Positions 11,073 through 20,360 of a stretch of DNA of 64,000 nt are shown here, piece by piece. The number at the start of each line of letters is the position of its first letter. Positions within the stretch are counted from its first letter, which is position 1. The notes below the pieces were generated by a model that saw only the letters and a program-made list of their open reading frames with translations, searched no databases and had not been told where the DNA came from. The position numbers and the translations under genes are program-made. The DNA is from Nitrospirota bacterium. GTDB taxonomy: Bacteria; Nitrospirota; Thermodesulfovibrionia; UBA6902. The stretch spans positions 532-64,531 of the forward strand of contig JACRPZ010000049.1 in the NCBI GenBank assembly GCA_016222905.1. The letters run 5' to 3'.

Positions 11073-11197
11073 AAGTCCGCCTGGCACTATACAATTGCTG
11101 ACTATACATTTGCTTGACATATACGGCCAATTGTGATAATTTTGATTTAATATATTTGTTAAGTGATTAAAGAAAAGACATAAATAAAGGGGGCATT

Positions 11198-12298
11198 ATG
11201 GGATTATTTGATGAAAACATCCTGCCTGAGATGTCTGAAAAGCTTGACGAGTTAGCCCGCAAAGGAGTATCCCGCCGTGACTTTATGAAGTTCTGCACCG
11301 GAATGGCCGCGCTTCTGTCTCTGCCTGCATCATTCATTCCAAAGATAGCCGAGGCTGTAACCGGCAAAAAACCGATTATCGTCTGGCTTGAATACCAGGA
11401 CTGCGCGGGAGATACCGAAGCGCTGTTAAGGGCAACAAGTCCAACTGTGGGGCAGATCGTCTTGGATATCTTTTCAGTTGATTATCATGAAACTATCATG
11501 TCTCCTTCCGGATTTCAGGCGGAGAAGTCGCTCATGGATGTGGTGAAGAACAATAAAGGGAATTATTTTGTTGTTGTGGAGGGATCAATCCCCCTTAAAG
11601 ATGACGGTGTTTACTGCTGTGTTGGCGGCAGGACTGCTGTTGATATCGCCAGAGAGGTCTGCGGCAACGCGCTTGCGACAATAGCCGTGGGCACATGCGC
11701 TACTTACGGAGGCATACCGGCGGCAAAGCCTAATCCCACGGGAGCGGTAGGCGTTAAAGAGGCTGTGCCTAACGCCACAGTTATAAATCTCCCCGGATGC
11801 CCTGTCAATGCCGAAAATATAACGGCAACTCTTGTACACTACCTTACATTCGGTGCACTCCCAAATATGGATAAGCTTGGAAGGCCGTATTTTGCATTCG
11901 GCAAGAGGATACACGACAACTGTGAGAGAAGGTCGCATTTCGATGCGGGACAGTTTGTAAGGCAGTGGGGAGATGAAGGGGCAAGGCAAGGATGGTGCCT
12001 ATATGAGATGGGTTGTAAAGGGCCTGAAACATTCCATAACTGTCCTACTGTCAAATACAATGAAGGAACAAGCTGGCCTGTGCAAGGCGGCCATGGCTGC
12101 CTGGGATGTTCCGAGCCGCATTTCTGGGATACGATGACGCCTTTCTACAAGAGGCTTCCGAATGTCCCCGGTTTTGGCATTGAGAGTACCGCGGACAAGA
12201 TCGGCGCAGGGCTTGCTGTTGCAACGGCTGCCGGTATAGCAGCCCATGGAATTGCAAGGGCAATATCTCCAAAAAAGAAAGAAGAAGAAGATAAATAA
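11198..12298 (+). CDS. hyaA: Group 1 [NiFe]-hydrogenase small subunit (Tat-exported, C-terminal membrane anchor)
   Basis: SRRDFMKFC twin-arginine signal; Fe-S ligands CAGD, GTC, GCP, HDNC, WCLYEMGCKGP and HGCLGC. Confidence 0.95.
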   Translation: MGLFDENILPEMSEKLDELARKGVSRRDFMKFCTGMAALLSLPASFIPKIAEAVTGKKPIIVWLEYQDCAGDTEALLRATSPTVGQIVLDIFSVDYHETIMSPSGFQAEKSLMDVVKNNKGNYFVVVEGSIPLKDDGVYCCVGGRTAVDIAREVCGNALATIAVGTCATYGGIPAAKPNPTGAVGVKEAVPNATVINLPGCPVNAENITATLVHYLTFGALPNMDKLGRPYFAFGKRIHDNCERRSHFDAGQFVRQWGDEGARQGWCLYEMGCKGPETFHNCPTVKYNEGTSWPVQGGHGCLGCSEPHFWDTMTPFYKRLPNVPGFGIESTADKIGAGLAVATAAGIAAHGIARAISPKKKEEEDK

Positions 12299-12322
12299 TA
12301 TATAAGAAGGGGGTGACTGGCA

Positions 12323-14038
12323 TTGGCTAAGAAAATAGTTGTTGACCCGATAACAAGGATAGAAGGACACCTCAGGATAGAAGCACAGGTAGAGAACGGA
12401 AAGGTCGTTGATGCCTGGAGTTCAAGCACGATGTTCAGGGGGATAGAACTCATACTTAATGGCAGAGACCCGAGGGAGGCTTGGGCGTTTACGCAGCGAA
12501 TATGAGGCGTCTGAACTACGGTTCACGCAACCGCCTCGGTGAGAGCGGTCGAAGATGCCCTTGGCATCACAATTCCTGACAACGCAAGAATTATAAGAAA
12601 CCTTATATCAGGCATTCAGTATGTACAGGACCATGTAATCCATTTTTACCACCTTCATGCCCTTGACTGGGTTGATATCGTAAGCGCGTTAAGCGCCGAC
12701 CCGGCAAAGACTTCAGCGCTGGCCCAGTCTATCTCTGATTGGGACAAATCAAGCACTGATTATTTTACTGGCATCAAGAACAAGCTGAAGGCCTTTGTTG
12801 AGAACGGCCAGCTCGGCCCGTTTGCCAATGGTTACTGGGGGCATCCAGCGTATAAGCTTCCGGCTGAAGCCAACCTAATGGCTGTTGCCCATTATCTTGA
12901 GGCGCTTGACTGGCAGAGGGACGTCATCAGGATGCAGGCACTGCTTGGAGCTAAGAACCCGCATGCTCAGACTTATATTGTAGGCGGAATGTCCATCCCC
13001 GTAGACCCGAACAGCCAGAACGCGTTGAACGCGGGGAGCATCGCCTTTATGCAAGGCATTGCCCAGAAGGCAAAGGATTTTGTAGAGAAGGTCTATATTC
13101 CTGACATACTTGCTGTCGCGCCATTCTACCTCGACTGGGCAGGCCACGGTGCCGGCGTGGGAAACTTTCTATCCTATGGAGAGTTCCCGAATGATACAGT
13201 TACAAATTCTGCAAACCTCTGGCTGCCGCGCGGGATCATTCTCAACAAGGATCTTTCTAAAGTTCTCCCTGTTGACCACAAGAAGGTAACAGAATATGTA
13301 ACTCATTCATGGTATGAGTATTCCGGCGGAGACGGCACAGCTAAACATCCGTGGGACGGCGAGACGAACTATAAATACTCCGGGCCCAAGCCCCCGTATC
13401 AGGAGCTTGATACTGACAAAAAATATACCTGGCTTAAGGCTCCGCGCTATGATGATAAGGCGATGGAGGTCGGGCCGCTTGCAAGGATGCTCGTCGCTTA
13501 TGCCTCAGGCCATGAGCGGGTGCAGGCTGTTGTCAATCTTGTCCTTAAGACGCTCGGGAACCTTCCTGCTACTGTTCTCTTCTCAACTCTCGGCAGGATA
13601 GCCGCAAGGGGCGTAGAGACGCTTGTGACTGCTGAGCAGTTGCCCGTATGGATCAACCAGCTTGCAGCGAATATGAAGAAAGGCGATGTCAAGATTCACA
13701 GCGGCGAGAAGTGGGACCCGTCTGAATGGCCGGCAGAGGCCCAGGGGTACGGCCTGCATGAGGCTCCGAGGGGCGCGCTCGGTCATTGGGTAAAGATAAA
13801 GGACAAGAAGATCGAGAATTACCAGTGTGTTGTGCCAGGCACATGGAACGGCTCGCCGAGGGACGCGAAGGGTCAGAGAGGTCCCTTTGAGGAGGCGCTG
13901 ATAGGGACACCTGTGGCGAACATTGAGCAGCCTGTAGAGATACTCAGGACCATACATTCATTTGACCCGTGCATGGCCTGCGCTGTCCATGTTGTAGATG
14001 CCGAAGGCAAAGAGGTAACAAGGATAAAGGTGATATAG
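12323..14038 (+). CDS. hyaB: [NiFe]-hydrogenase large subunit, 571 aa, with two in-frame TGA codons (putative Sec61 and Sec64) in the L1 motif
   Basis: [10 protein letters not shown] start; cga ata TGA ggc gtc TGA act acg gtt cac = RI*GV*TTVH in the same frame as ORF 12539-14038; C-terminal [11 protein letters not shown]. Confidence 0.93.
12530..12549 (+). promoter_or_regulatory. Putative bacterial SECIS element
   Basis: ACCGC-CTC-GGT-GAG-A-GCGGT hairpin with 8 bp, one bulged A and a GGU apical loop starting 23 nt after the second TGA and 32 nt after the first. Confidence 0.6.
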
Positions 14039-14047
14039 GGGGATATT

Positions 14048-14707
14048 ATGATTGAGAGAAAGAGAACATATATATGGGAAGTCCCGATTAGGCTTACCCA
14101 CTGGCTCTTTGTTCTTAGCCTTGCAGCGTTCACTGTTACGGGCTTGTACATAGGCAACCCTTATTTATACGCCGTATCCTCAAAAGAGTATATTATGGGC
14201 TGGATGAGGTTCGTTCATTTTGTGTCTGCCTATGTCTTCCTTATGAGCTTCATTATCAGGATGTACTGGGCTTTAATGGGCAACAAGTATGCCTGCTTCT
14301 CAGTATGGTTTCCTTTTACATCCCAAAAGATGAAGGACTTCATAGGTGCTCTTAAGTTCTACCTTCTCCTCAGCAAGAAGCCGCCTTATGCCACTGGTCA
14401 TACGGCTCTTGCCGGATTCACTTATCTGATAGTTTTTCTACTCTTTCTCTTTGAGATATTTTCAGGGTTCGCCCTTTATTCCGTAAATCATTCAGGCGCT
14501 CTCTGGACTGCTTTGGGAGGATGGATGCTCGGATTCATGTATCTGCCGCTAATCAGACTCTACCATCACCTTGTGATGTATGTACTGATGGCATTTACGA
14601 TTATTCATGTTTATGCTGTTATCTTTTCCGATTCCAGGGAGAAAAACGGGCTGCTCCTCTCGATCTTCAACGGATATAAGTTTGTGACCGGAAAAGAGTG
14701 GGAGTAA
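14048..14707 (+). CDS. hyaC: Ni/Fe-hydrogenase b-type cytochrome subunit
   Basis: YIWEVPIRLTHW, RFVHF, GHTALA, YHHL and IIHVY heme b histidines; four TM helices. Confidence 0.93.
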   Translation: MIERKRTYIWEVPIRLTHWLFVLSLAAFTVTGLYIGNPYLYAVSSKEYIMGWMRFVHFVSAYVFLMSFIIRMYWALMGNKYACFSVWFPFTSQKMKDFIGALKFYLLLSKKPPYATGHTALAGFTYLIVFLLFLFEIFSGFALYSVNHSGALWTALGGWMLGFMYLPLIRLYHHLVMYVLMAFTIIHVYAVIFSDSREKNGLLLSIFNGYKFVTGKEWE

Positions 14708-14761
14708 AATAATATTTAAATAGAAACTTTGCACTGGGAACTGAGATTTAAGGTGTTATGC

Positions 14762-14788
14762 CCCCGGAAGTCATTTAGGATTCCGGGG
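14762..14788 (+). terminator. Stem-loop after hyaC (terminator or mRNA-stabilising hairpin)
   Basis: CCCCGGAA-N11-TTCCGGGG followed by TTGATTTTT. Confidence 0.5.
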
Positions 14789-14795
14789 TTGATTT

Positions 14796-15290
14796 TTGGA
14801 GTCAATATTGAAAACAGTAGTATTAGGCATAGGAAACACTCTAATAAGCGATGATGGTGTCGGAGTTCAAATTGTTAATAAACTTAAGCAGGAATATACG
14901 TTCCCTGACAACGTCACTTTGATAGACGGCGGCACAAAGGGGCTGGACCTTCTGCCTTTTATCGAAGGCAGCGACAGGCTTCTGATAATTGACGCCGCAA
15001 ACTTTAAAAAAGAACCTGGTACTATCGATACCGTCATTGGCGACAAGATCCCGGCTTTCCTGAGTCAAAAATTGTCCGTGCACCAGATAGGGCTTCCTGA
15101 TATGCTCTTTGCCGCAAAGCTAATGGACATAAGCCCGCCTGAGATGTGCCTTATCGGAATCCAGCCGAAGTCCATGGAGACAAGCACTGAAATGTCGGAA
15201 GAGATAAAGGCAAGGTTTAATGATCTTTATGCCAAGGTTTTAGATAAATTGAAGGAATGGGGAGTTAGTCCGGTTAAGGTTAAGAAATAA
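14796..15290 (+). CDS. hyaD: Hydrogenase maturation protease HyaD/HybD
   Basis: VLGIGNTLISDDGVG, IDGGT, IIDA and SVHQIGL. Confidence 0.93.
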   Translation: MESILKTVVLGIGNTLISDDGVGVQIVNKLKQEYTFPDNVTLIDGGTKGLDLLPFIEGSDRLLIIDAANFKKEPGTIDTVIGDKIPAFLSQKLSVHQIGLPDMLFAAKLMDISPPEMCLIGIQPKSMETSTEMSEEIKARFNDLYAKVLDKLKEWGVSPVKVKK

Positions 15291-15374
15291 CCGCCGGGAG
15301 CGAAGCGAGTGGGGAATGAGGCAGTTGAGCAGCCCTCGGAGGGGTGTCCTTCTCGTGTGCCTTGTTAAGTCTCA

Positions 15375-16070
15375 TCATGTTTCCAAGTCATCGTAGTAAT
15401 CCTGCCAGTACCCGTAGTAAGCGTCATATTGATATTGAAATTTTCCGTTTGCATCCCCTAATTCCCAATGTTGCAGTAAATTGCTGTGTGATGAAAATAA
15501 ATCATCAATCGAGTAGGTACATATCTTTGAGTTTCTCATTTTTCTCAATCCATTATAACCCCACATGTATTCTGTCGGTAAAAAGTTGATCCACTGGAAA
15601 GATATATTTCTTCTGTTATAGTTGTAATCAAGCTTATAGTTACTCAATATTTTCCTTGAGCTGTTTTCCATGTTACATAGTAATTCTTTATTCTTCCAAT
15701 CCCCTGTCACTATAACTAGTCCAATGAGAGCTGTTATTTTTACAATATAATCATATTCGTATGCTAAGTAGATCATTATAGATGTATCAATCCCCACCAC
15801 CCAATTGCCTAAACAACCTTTGTCAGCCTTCCCTTTTCCTATCACAAAAAGCAATGCATCTTCTTTTTCTTCATCAAGGGTAATATACTGCTTAAACCAT
15901 GCTTCGACAACATCAGAATCAATATCACAAAAAGTACATCGATCCGGTAAATTAAATTTGTAGCATTTACTTAAGTACGTTAGCATCTCATGAAACATAG
16001 ATTTATATTTCGCAAGAAGCATCCCTGTATAATATGACTCAGATTTAATGTGAATTCTTAGTTTCGACAT
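15375..16070 (-). CDS. Hypothetical AT-rich protein inserted in the hydrogenase cluster
   Basis: 231-aa ORF, visibly AT-rich, opposite strand, no recognised motif. Confidence 0.5.
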   Translation of the reverse strand: MSKLRIHIKSESYYTGMLLAKYKSMFHEMLTYLSKCYKFNLPDRCTFCDIDSDVVEAWFKQYITLDEEKEDALLFVIGKGKADKGCLGNWVVGIDTSIMIYLAYEYDYIVKITALIGLVIVTGDWKNKELLCNMENSSRKILSNYKLDYNYNRRNISFQWINFLPTEYMWGYNGLRKMRNSKICTYSIDDLFSSHSNLLQHWELGDANGKFQYQYDAYYGYWQDYYDDLET

Positions 16071-16392
16071 CTGCTTAATTTATTTATCTTAGACTTAACA
16101 TTCATTTTTTTCTGTATTTTAGTGAAGTTTATCTCTATACTTTGTCGCATGTCAAGATAATTGCAGGCAATATGAGGAAAACGTGAGTTTTGTATTGCAA
16201 GGAGGGCAACAATTCTATAGACTGATAAATACTTATTAATATACGGAAGCGAGATAAGTTATAAAGAGCGATAATTTCTCGGCTTTTAGCGCCTACCTTA
16301 TTACAAAATCTGCCGTAACGAATATTATTGTTAATCGCTGCTAATCTCGGTAAAATATTAAGAACCTGAAAGATAAAAGGATAAAATATATT

Positions 16393-16638
16393 ATGTGCGT
16401 AGGCGTACCAATGCAGGTCGTAGAGATAAATTACCCTTCAGGAGTTGCCGAGGCAAGGGGAGTGAAGCGCAATATCGGGCTTCAGCTTCTACCGGAAGGT
16501 GATGTGAATATAGGCGACCATGTCATTGTCCATGTAGGATTTGCTATTGAAAAGGTGGATGAAAAGATGGCAGATGAGATATGGAAGGGTTTTGATGAGA
16601 TATTCAGGCTGATGGACGAGGAGGATGAGGGTGCATGA
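16393..16638 (+). CDS. hypC: Hydrogenase chaperone HypC
   Basis: MCVGVP N-terminus and GDHVIVHVGFAI. Confidence 0.95.
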   Translation: MCVGVPMQVVEINYPSGVAEARGVKRNIGLQLLPEGDVNIGDHVIVHVGFAIEKVDEKMADEIWKGFDEIFRLMDEEDEGA

Positions 16639-16981
16639 GGTCTCAATAGCTCTGAGCATGGTGAATGAGCTTGCGAGGATAGCTAAAGAGAACAACGCAA
16701 AATATATCAGTGCCGTCAATTTAAGGATAGGACGATCAAGCGGCATTGTCATAGATTCACTAAAGTTTGCTTTTGACGCGATCAAATTGGAGAACCCTCT
16801 CATCTCATCAGCAGAGATAGTGATCGAGGAAGTTCCATTAAGATATGAATGCAATGACTGCAAGATCAGTTTTGAGACAGACTATATCCACTTCCCTTCA
16901 TGTCCTGACTGCAAGTCTTACAGCCTGAAACTCTTATCAGGCGATGAGATGGATATAGTGAATATGGAATTGGAAGTGTAA
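16625..16981 (+). CDS. hypA: Hydrogenase nickel chaperone HypA
   Basis: (M/V)HEVSIA with CNDC and CPDC Zn site; true start may be GTG 16631. Confidence 0.93.
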   Translation: MRVHEVSIALSMVNELARIAKENNAKYISAVNLRIGRSSGIVIDSLKFAFDAIKLENPLISSAEIVIEEVPLRYECNDCKISFETDYIHFPSCPDCKSYSLKLLSGDEMDIVNMELEV

Positions 16982-16989
16982 GGAGAGCT

Positions 16990-17745
16990 ATGTGTGACAC
17001 ATGCGGATGCGAAAATAGTCACGAACACCCCCTTCATTCCCCCCTTACTAAGGGGGAAGTAAAGACCGTTGAGATAAACCAGAGCCTCCTGAAGGCGAAT
17101 GAAGATGCCGCCTCGCATAACAGGGAGCATTTTGACAGCAACGGTATTTTCACATTGAACCTTATAAGTTCCCCAGGCTCCGGAAAGACAACACTGCTTG
17201 AAAAGACGGCTGAGGCGCTTAAGGATGAATTCAGCCTCGGAGTTCTTGAGGGCGACATAGAGACTGATCTTGATGCCGAGAGGATAAGGAAGAAGGGCGT
17301 GCCCGCTGTTCAGCTCACAACAGGAGGGGCCTGCCATCTCGATTCAGTGCTTATACATAAAGGCATGCATGAACTTGAGCACCAGCTTAACGGGAAGAAG
17401 ATGGATATACTCTTCATTGAAAATGTCGGCAACCTTGTATGCCCCTCATTCTTTAATCTGGGCGAACATGTGAGGGTTGTCCTCGTATCAGTGCCTGAGG
17501 GGCCTGATAAGCCTATCAAATATCCAAAGGCATTTAAGACATCGCATGTTTTTATCATCACCAAATCCGATCTTCTGCCGTATTTTGATTTTGATATCGA
17601 GAAGGTGAAGAAAGATGCACTGTCTCTCAATCCTGACTTAAAGATATTTGTCATATCTGCAACAACAGGTGATGGGATGGGTGAATGGTTCACGTTTCTT
17701 CGCAATAAGCTGAAATCTCCTCCTCCCTTGAGGGGAGGGGATTAA
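16990..17745 (+). CDS. hypB: Hydrogenase nickel incorporation GTPase HypB
   Basis: MCDTCGC, SSPGSGKTT, GGACHLD and ENVGNLVCP. Confidence 0.96.
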   Translation: MCDTCGCENSHEHPLHSPLTKGEVKTVEINQSLLKANEDAASHNREHFDSNGIFTLNLISSPGSGKTTLLEKTAEALKDEFSLGVLEGDIETDLDAERIRKKGVPAVQLTTGGACHLDSVLIHKGMHELEHQLNGKKMDILFIENVGNLVCPSFFNLGEHVRVVLVSVPEGPDKPIKYPKAFKTSHVFIITKSDLLPYFDFDIEKVKKDALSLNPDLKIFVISATTGDGMGEWFTFLRNKLKSPPPLRGGD

Positions 17746-17810
17746 GGGGAGGGTGAAAATTTCGTTAAATACCCCTCACCCTAACCCTCTCCCCTCAAGG
17801 GGCGAGGAGA
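17716..17810. repeat. REP-like palindromic element (inverted pair) overlapping the hypB stop
   Basis: TCTCCTCCTCCCTTGAGGGGAGGGGATTAAGGGGAGGGTG ... CCCCTCACCCTAACCCTCTCCCCTCAAGGGGCGAGGAGA; related copies near 34607-34638 and 43745-43788. Confidence 0.7.
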
Positions 17811-17838
17811 TAACCAGACAAGGCAATACAGCATTAAA

Positions 17839-18831
17839 ATGAAAAAGATCGAGATCGGACACGGCAGCGGTGGCAGGCTCACGAGGGACCTGATAGAGAA
17901 GCTCTTTCTTAAATATCTTGATTCAAATGAACTTAAGCCCCTTGAGGATGCAGCATATCTCAGGTTTGAAAATCCAAACATAGCCATCACAACCGATTCT
18001 TATGTCGTGCGTCCTCTATTCTTTCCGGGCGGTGATATCGGAAAGCTCGCTGTATGCGGAGCGGTGAATGATATCGCCGTAAGCGGCGCAATTCCAAAGT
18101 ATCTCTCGCTAAGCTTCATAATTGAAGAAGGCTTTCTCATCAAACATCTTGAAGACGTGCTGAAGAGTATAAAGATGACATCAGAAGCCGCTGGCGTGAA
18201 GATTGTGACCGGCGATACAAAGGTGGTTGAGAGGAATAAATGCGACGGCCTATATATCAACACTACTGCCGTCGGTGAGATTGTAACACCGCTTGTTATT
18301 GAGAATATCTCAGATGGCGATGCGGTCATTGTCACAGGCACACTTGGAGACCACGGCACTGCTGTTGCAATCGCAAGGAATGAGTTTGACATAGACGCAT
18401 CAGTTGAGAGTGACTGCGCCGCTCTCAGTGGTTTACTCACGCCTCTTTTTGATATTGACGGATTGAAGTGGATGAGGGATCCGACGCGTGGAGGCGTTGC
18501 CACCGTTCTTGTCGAGGTTGCGGAGAAAACAAGCCTCGGCATTGAAATTTACGAAGACAAGATTCCGGTGAGAGATGACGTCAGGTTCATCTCTGATATG
18601 CTCGGTTATGATCCACTATATCTCGCCAATGAGGGGAAGGCGGTTGTAATAACTTCACATGAGGCGGCAGATGAGATTCTGAATAAACTTAGACTGCATT
18701 CATTGGGGAAAAATGCGGCTCTCATCGGCAGAATAACGACAAAGCATAAAGGCGTGAGGCTCAGGACAAAGATAGGCGGAGAGCGGGTTCTTGATATGCT
18801 TGAGGATGACATGCTTCCAAGGATTTGTTAG
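17839..18831 (+). CDS. hypE: Carbamoyl dehydratase HypE
   Basis: HGSGG, TTDSYVV.PLFFPGGDIGKL, MRDPTRGG and C-terminal PRIC. Confidence 0.97.
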   Translation: MKKIEIGHGSGGRLTRDLIEKLFLKYLDSNELKPLEDAAYLRFENPNIAITTDSYVVRPLFFPGGDIGKLAVCGAVNDIAVSGAIPKYLSLSFIIEEGFLIKHLEDVLKSIKMTSEAAGVKIVTGDTKVVERNKCDGLYINTTAVGEIVTPLVIENISDGDAVIVTGTLGDHGTAVAIARNEFDIDASVESDCAALSGLLTPLFDIDGLKWMRDPTRGGVATVLVEVAEKTSLGIEIYEDKIPVRDDVRFISDMLGYDPLYLANEGKAVVITSHEAADEILNKLRLHSLGKNAALIGRITTKHKGVRLRTKIGGERVLDMLEDDMLPRIC

Positions 18832-18846
18832 AAAAGTTATCAGCAG

Positions 18847-19899
18847 ATGACAAAAAATATGAATAAATCGGAAAACCTCATAAAACACATCCACTCACTC
18901 GTTCCCAAAGACCGCAAGGTGAAGATAATGAATGTCTGCGGCTCGCATGAGCACACCATCGCATTTTCAGGCATGAGGAGCCTGATGCCTCAAAACCTTG
19001 AACTCATTCCAGGACCCGGCTGTCCGGTCTGCGTCTGCCCTGAGAGCGACATAATCAACGCTATAAAACTTTCAAAAAGAGATGATGTAATTCTCGTGAC
19101 ATACGGCGATATGCTGAGAGTGCCGACACAGCAGGGTTCTATCAGAGCAGAGGGAAAGAACTTCCGCATGATCACTTCGCCTTTTGAAGCGATCGCTATA
19201 GCGAAGAATCATAGTGATAAGAAAATCATCTTCTTCTCAATAGGCTTTGAGACGACGACCGCGCCCACCGCGGCCATACTTGAAATGGGCATCCCGGATA
19301 ACCTTTATATCTTAAGCTCTCACAGGCTGACCCCTGCGATAATGGAGATACTTGTCAAGGACGCGGATATCGGCATAGACGGTTTCATTGCGCCGGGTCA
19401 TGTTTCGGCAATAGTCGGCTCAAACGCATGGAATGTATTCTCTGAAAAATACGGCATCCCGACGGTCGTCGCTGGCTTTGAGGCAGAGAACCTTCTCCTC
19501 GGCATTGTTGATATATTGAGGCAGATCAAAGAGGGCATTGCAGAGACAACAAATGTCTATAGTAATGTCGTAAGACCAGAAGGCAATACGCAGGCGCAGA
19601 GGATAATGCATAAATATTTTGAGGTTTCAAATGTGAACTGGAGGGGCATAGGTTATATCCCTGATTCAGGACTTGAGCTGAAGAGCGAGTATTCAGCAAG
19701 AGATGCGCGAAAGGTTTTTGAACTTAAAGAGGTTAAGGAAGAAAAGATCCCCGGCTGTATCTGCGGTGAGGTGATACTCGGCAAGGCATATCCATCCAAA
19801 TGCAAATTATTTAAAAAGGCATGCACTCCTCAAAGTCCCACAGGCCCGTGCATGGTTTCTCAGGAAGGTTCATGCAATATTTGGTATAAGACTAATTAA
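18847..19899 (+). CDS. hypD: Hydrogenase formation protein HypD
   Basis: NVCGSH, GPGCPVC, GFETT, PGHVS and GPCMVSQEGSC. Confidence 0.97.
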   Translation: MTKNMNKSENLIKHIHSLVPKDRKVKIMNVCGSHEHTIAFSGMRSLMPQNLELIPGPGCPVCVCPESDIINAIKLSKRDDVILVTYGDMLRVPTQQGSIRAEGKNFRMITSPFEAIAIAKNHSDKKIIFFSIGFETTTAPTAAILEMGIPDNLYILSSHRLTPAIMEILVKDADIGIDGFIAPGHVSAIVGSNAWNVFSEKYGIPTVVAGFEAENLLLGIVDILRQIKEGIAETTNVYSNVVRPEGNTQAQRIMHKYFEVSNVNWRGIGYIPDSGLELKSEYSARDARKVFELKEVKEEKIPGCICGEVILGKAYPSKCKLFKKACTPQSPTGPCMVSQEGSCNIWYKTN

Positions 19900-20306
19900 A
19901 ACTCCTTAAAAACCTTTGCCAAAGATTCACCTGCCACATGCATCTTCCATTCATTCAGATATCCGAAAGGCGTTTCAGTGATTGCGTAGCCTGTTCTTGA
20001 GAGTCGTTCCTTAACATCCGTGATTATCTCATCCGTCAATTTCGGCGAGGCCTTTGACATCGAGAGGTGGCTGAAGGAGTGGAGAACTATTCTTTTTGTA
20101 TTGAACTTCCCTGCAACCCACTTAACGTTCTTTACAAATTTACTGATAACGCTGCTCTTCTTCTCACTGTCTTCTTCCTCAGCCTGGTAAAAGACGACAA
20201 CCGCATTCTCAACCGTCTCTTCCATCTCAGAGTCAGGAACTTCGTCAAGGATCTTTTTGTATGTCTTGAACCAGAATGACGGCGCATAATAAAGAATAAG
20301 TCTCAT
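19896..20306 (-). CDS. Free-standing archaeal-type threonyl-tRNA synthetase editing domain protein
   Basis: MRLILYYA, RIVLHSFSHLS..KASP, TPFGY and GESLAKVFKEF match the tRNA-Thr_ED pattern (YPYAHLS, PFGWYK, GHPL). Confidence 0.75.
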   Translation of the reverse strand: MRLILYYAPSFWFKTYKKILDEVPDSEMEETVENAVVVFYQAEEEDSEKKSSVISKFVKNVKWVAGKFNTKRIVLHSFSHLSMSKASPKLTDEIITDVKERLSRTGYAITETPFGYLNEWKMHVAGESLAKVFKEF

Positions 20307-20360
20307 TTGCAGGTTAACCTTTTATCATTATTTGTCATTGGTAATTATATAATATATTGC

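Noticed and set aside
11114-11140. Sigma70 promoter or Rex box upstream of the hydrogenase operon
   Set aside because: TTGACA and GATAAT are only 15 nt apart and the TTGTGA half-site has no matching inverted half.
12519-12533. Alternative hairpin CGGTT-CACGC-AACCG as the SECIS
   Set aside because: Only 5 bp, very close to the second UGA, and the loop does not begin with G; it overlaps and competes with the better 12530-12549 hairpin.
13960-13990. Canonical [NiFeSe] hydrogenase
   Set aside because: The C-terminal motif is gac ccg TGC atg gcc TGC (DPCMAC), with no UGA.
12323-14038. Large subunit as a split gene or pseudogene, or genome-wide UGA reassignment
   Set aside because: Both stops fall exactly on the ligand Cys codons with no other damage. 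TGA is a normal stop elsewhere (resB, hypC, hypF, truA), so any recoding must be site-specific.
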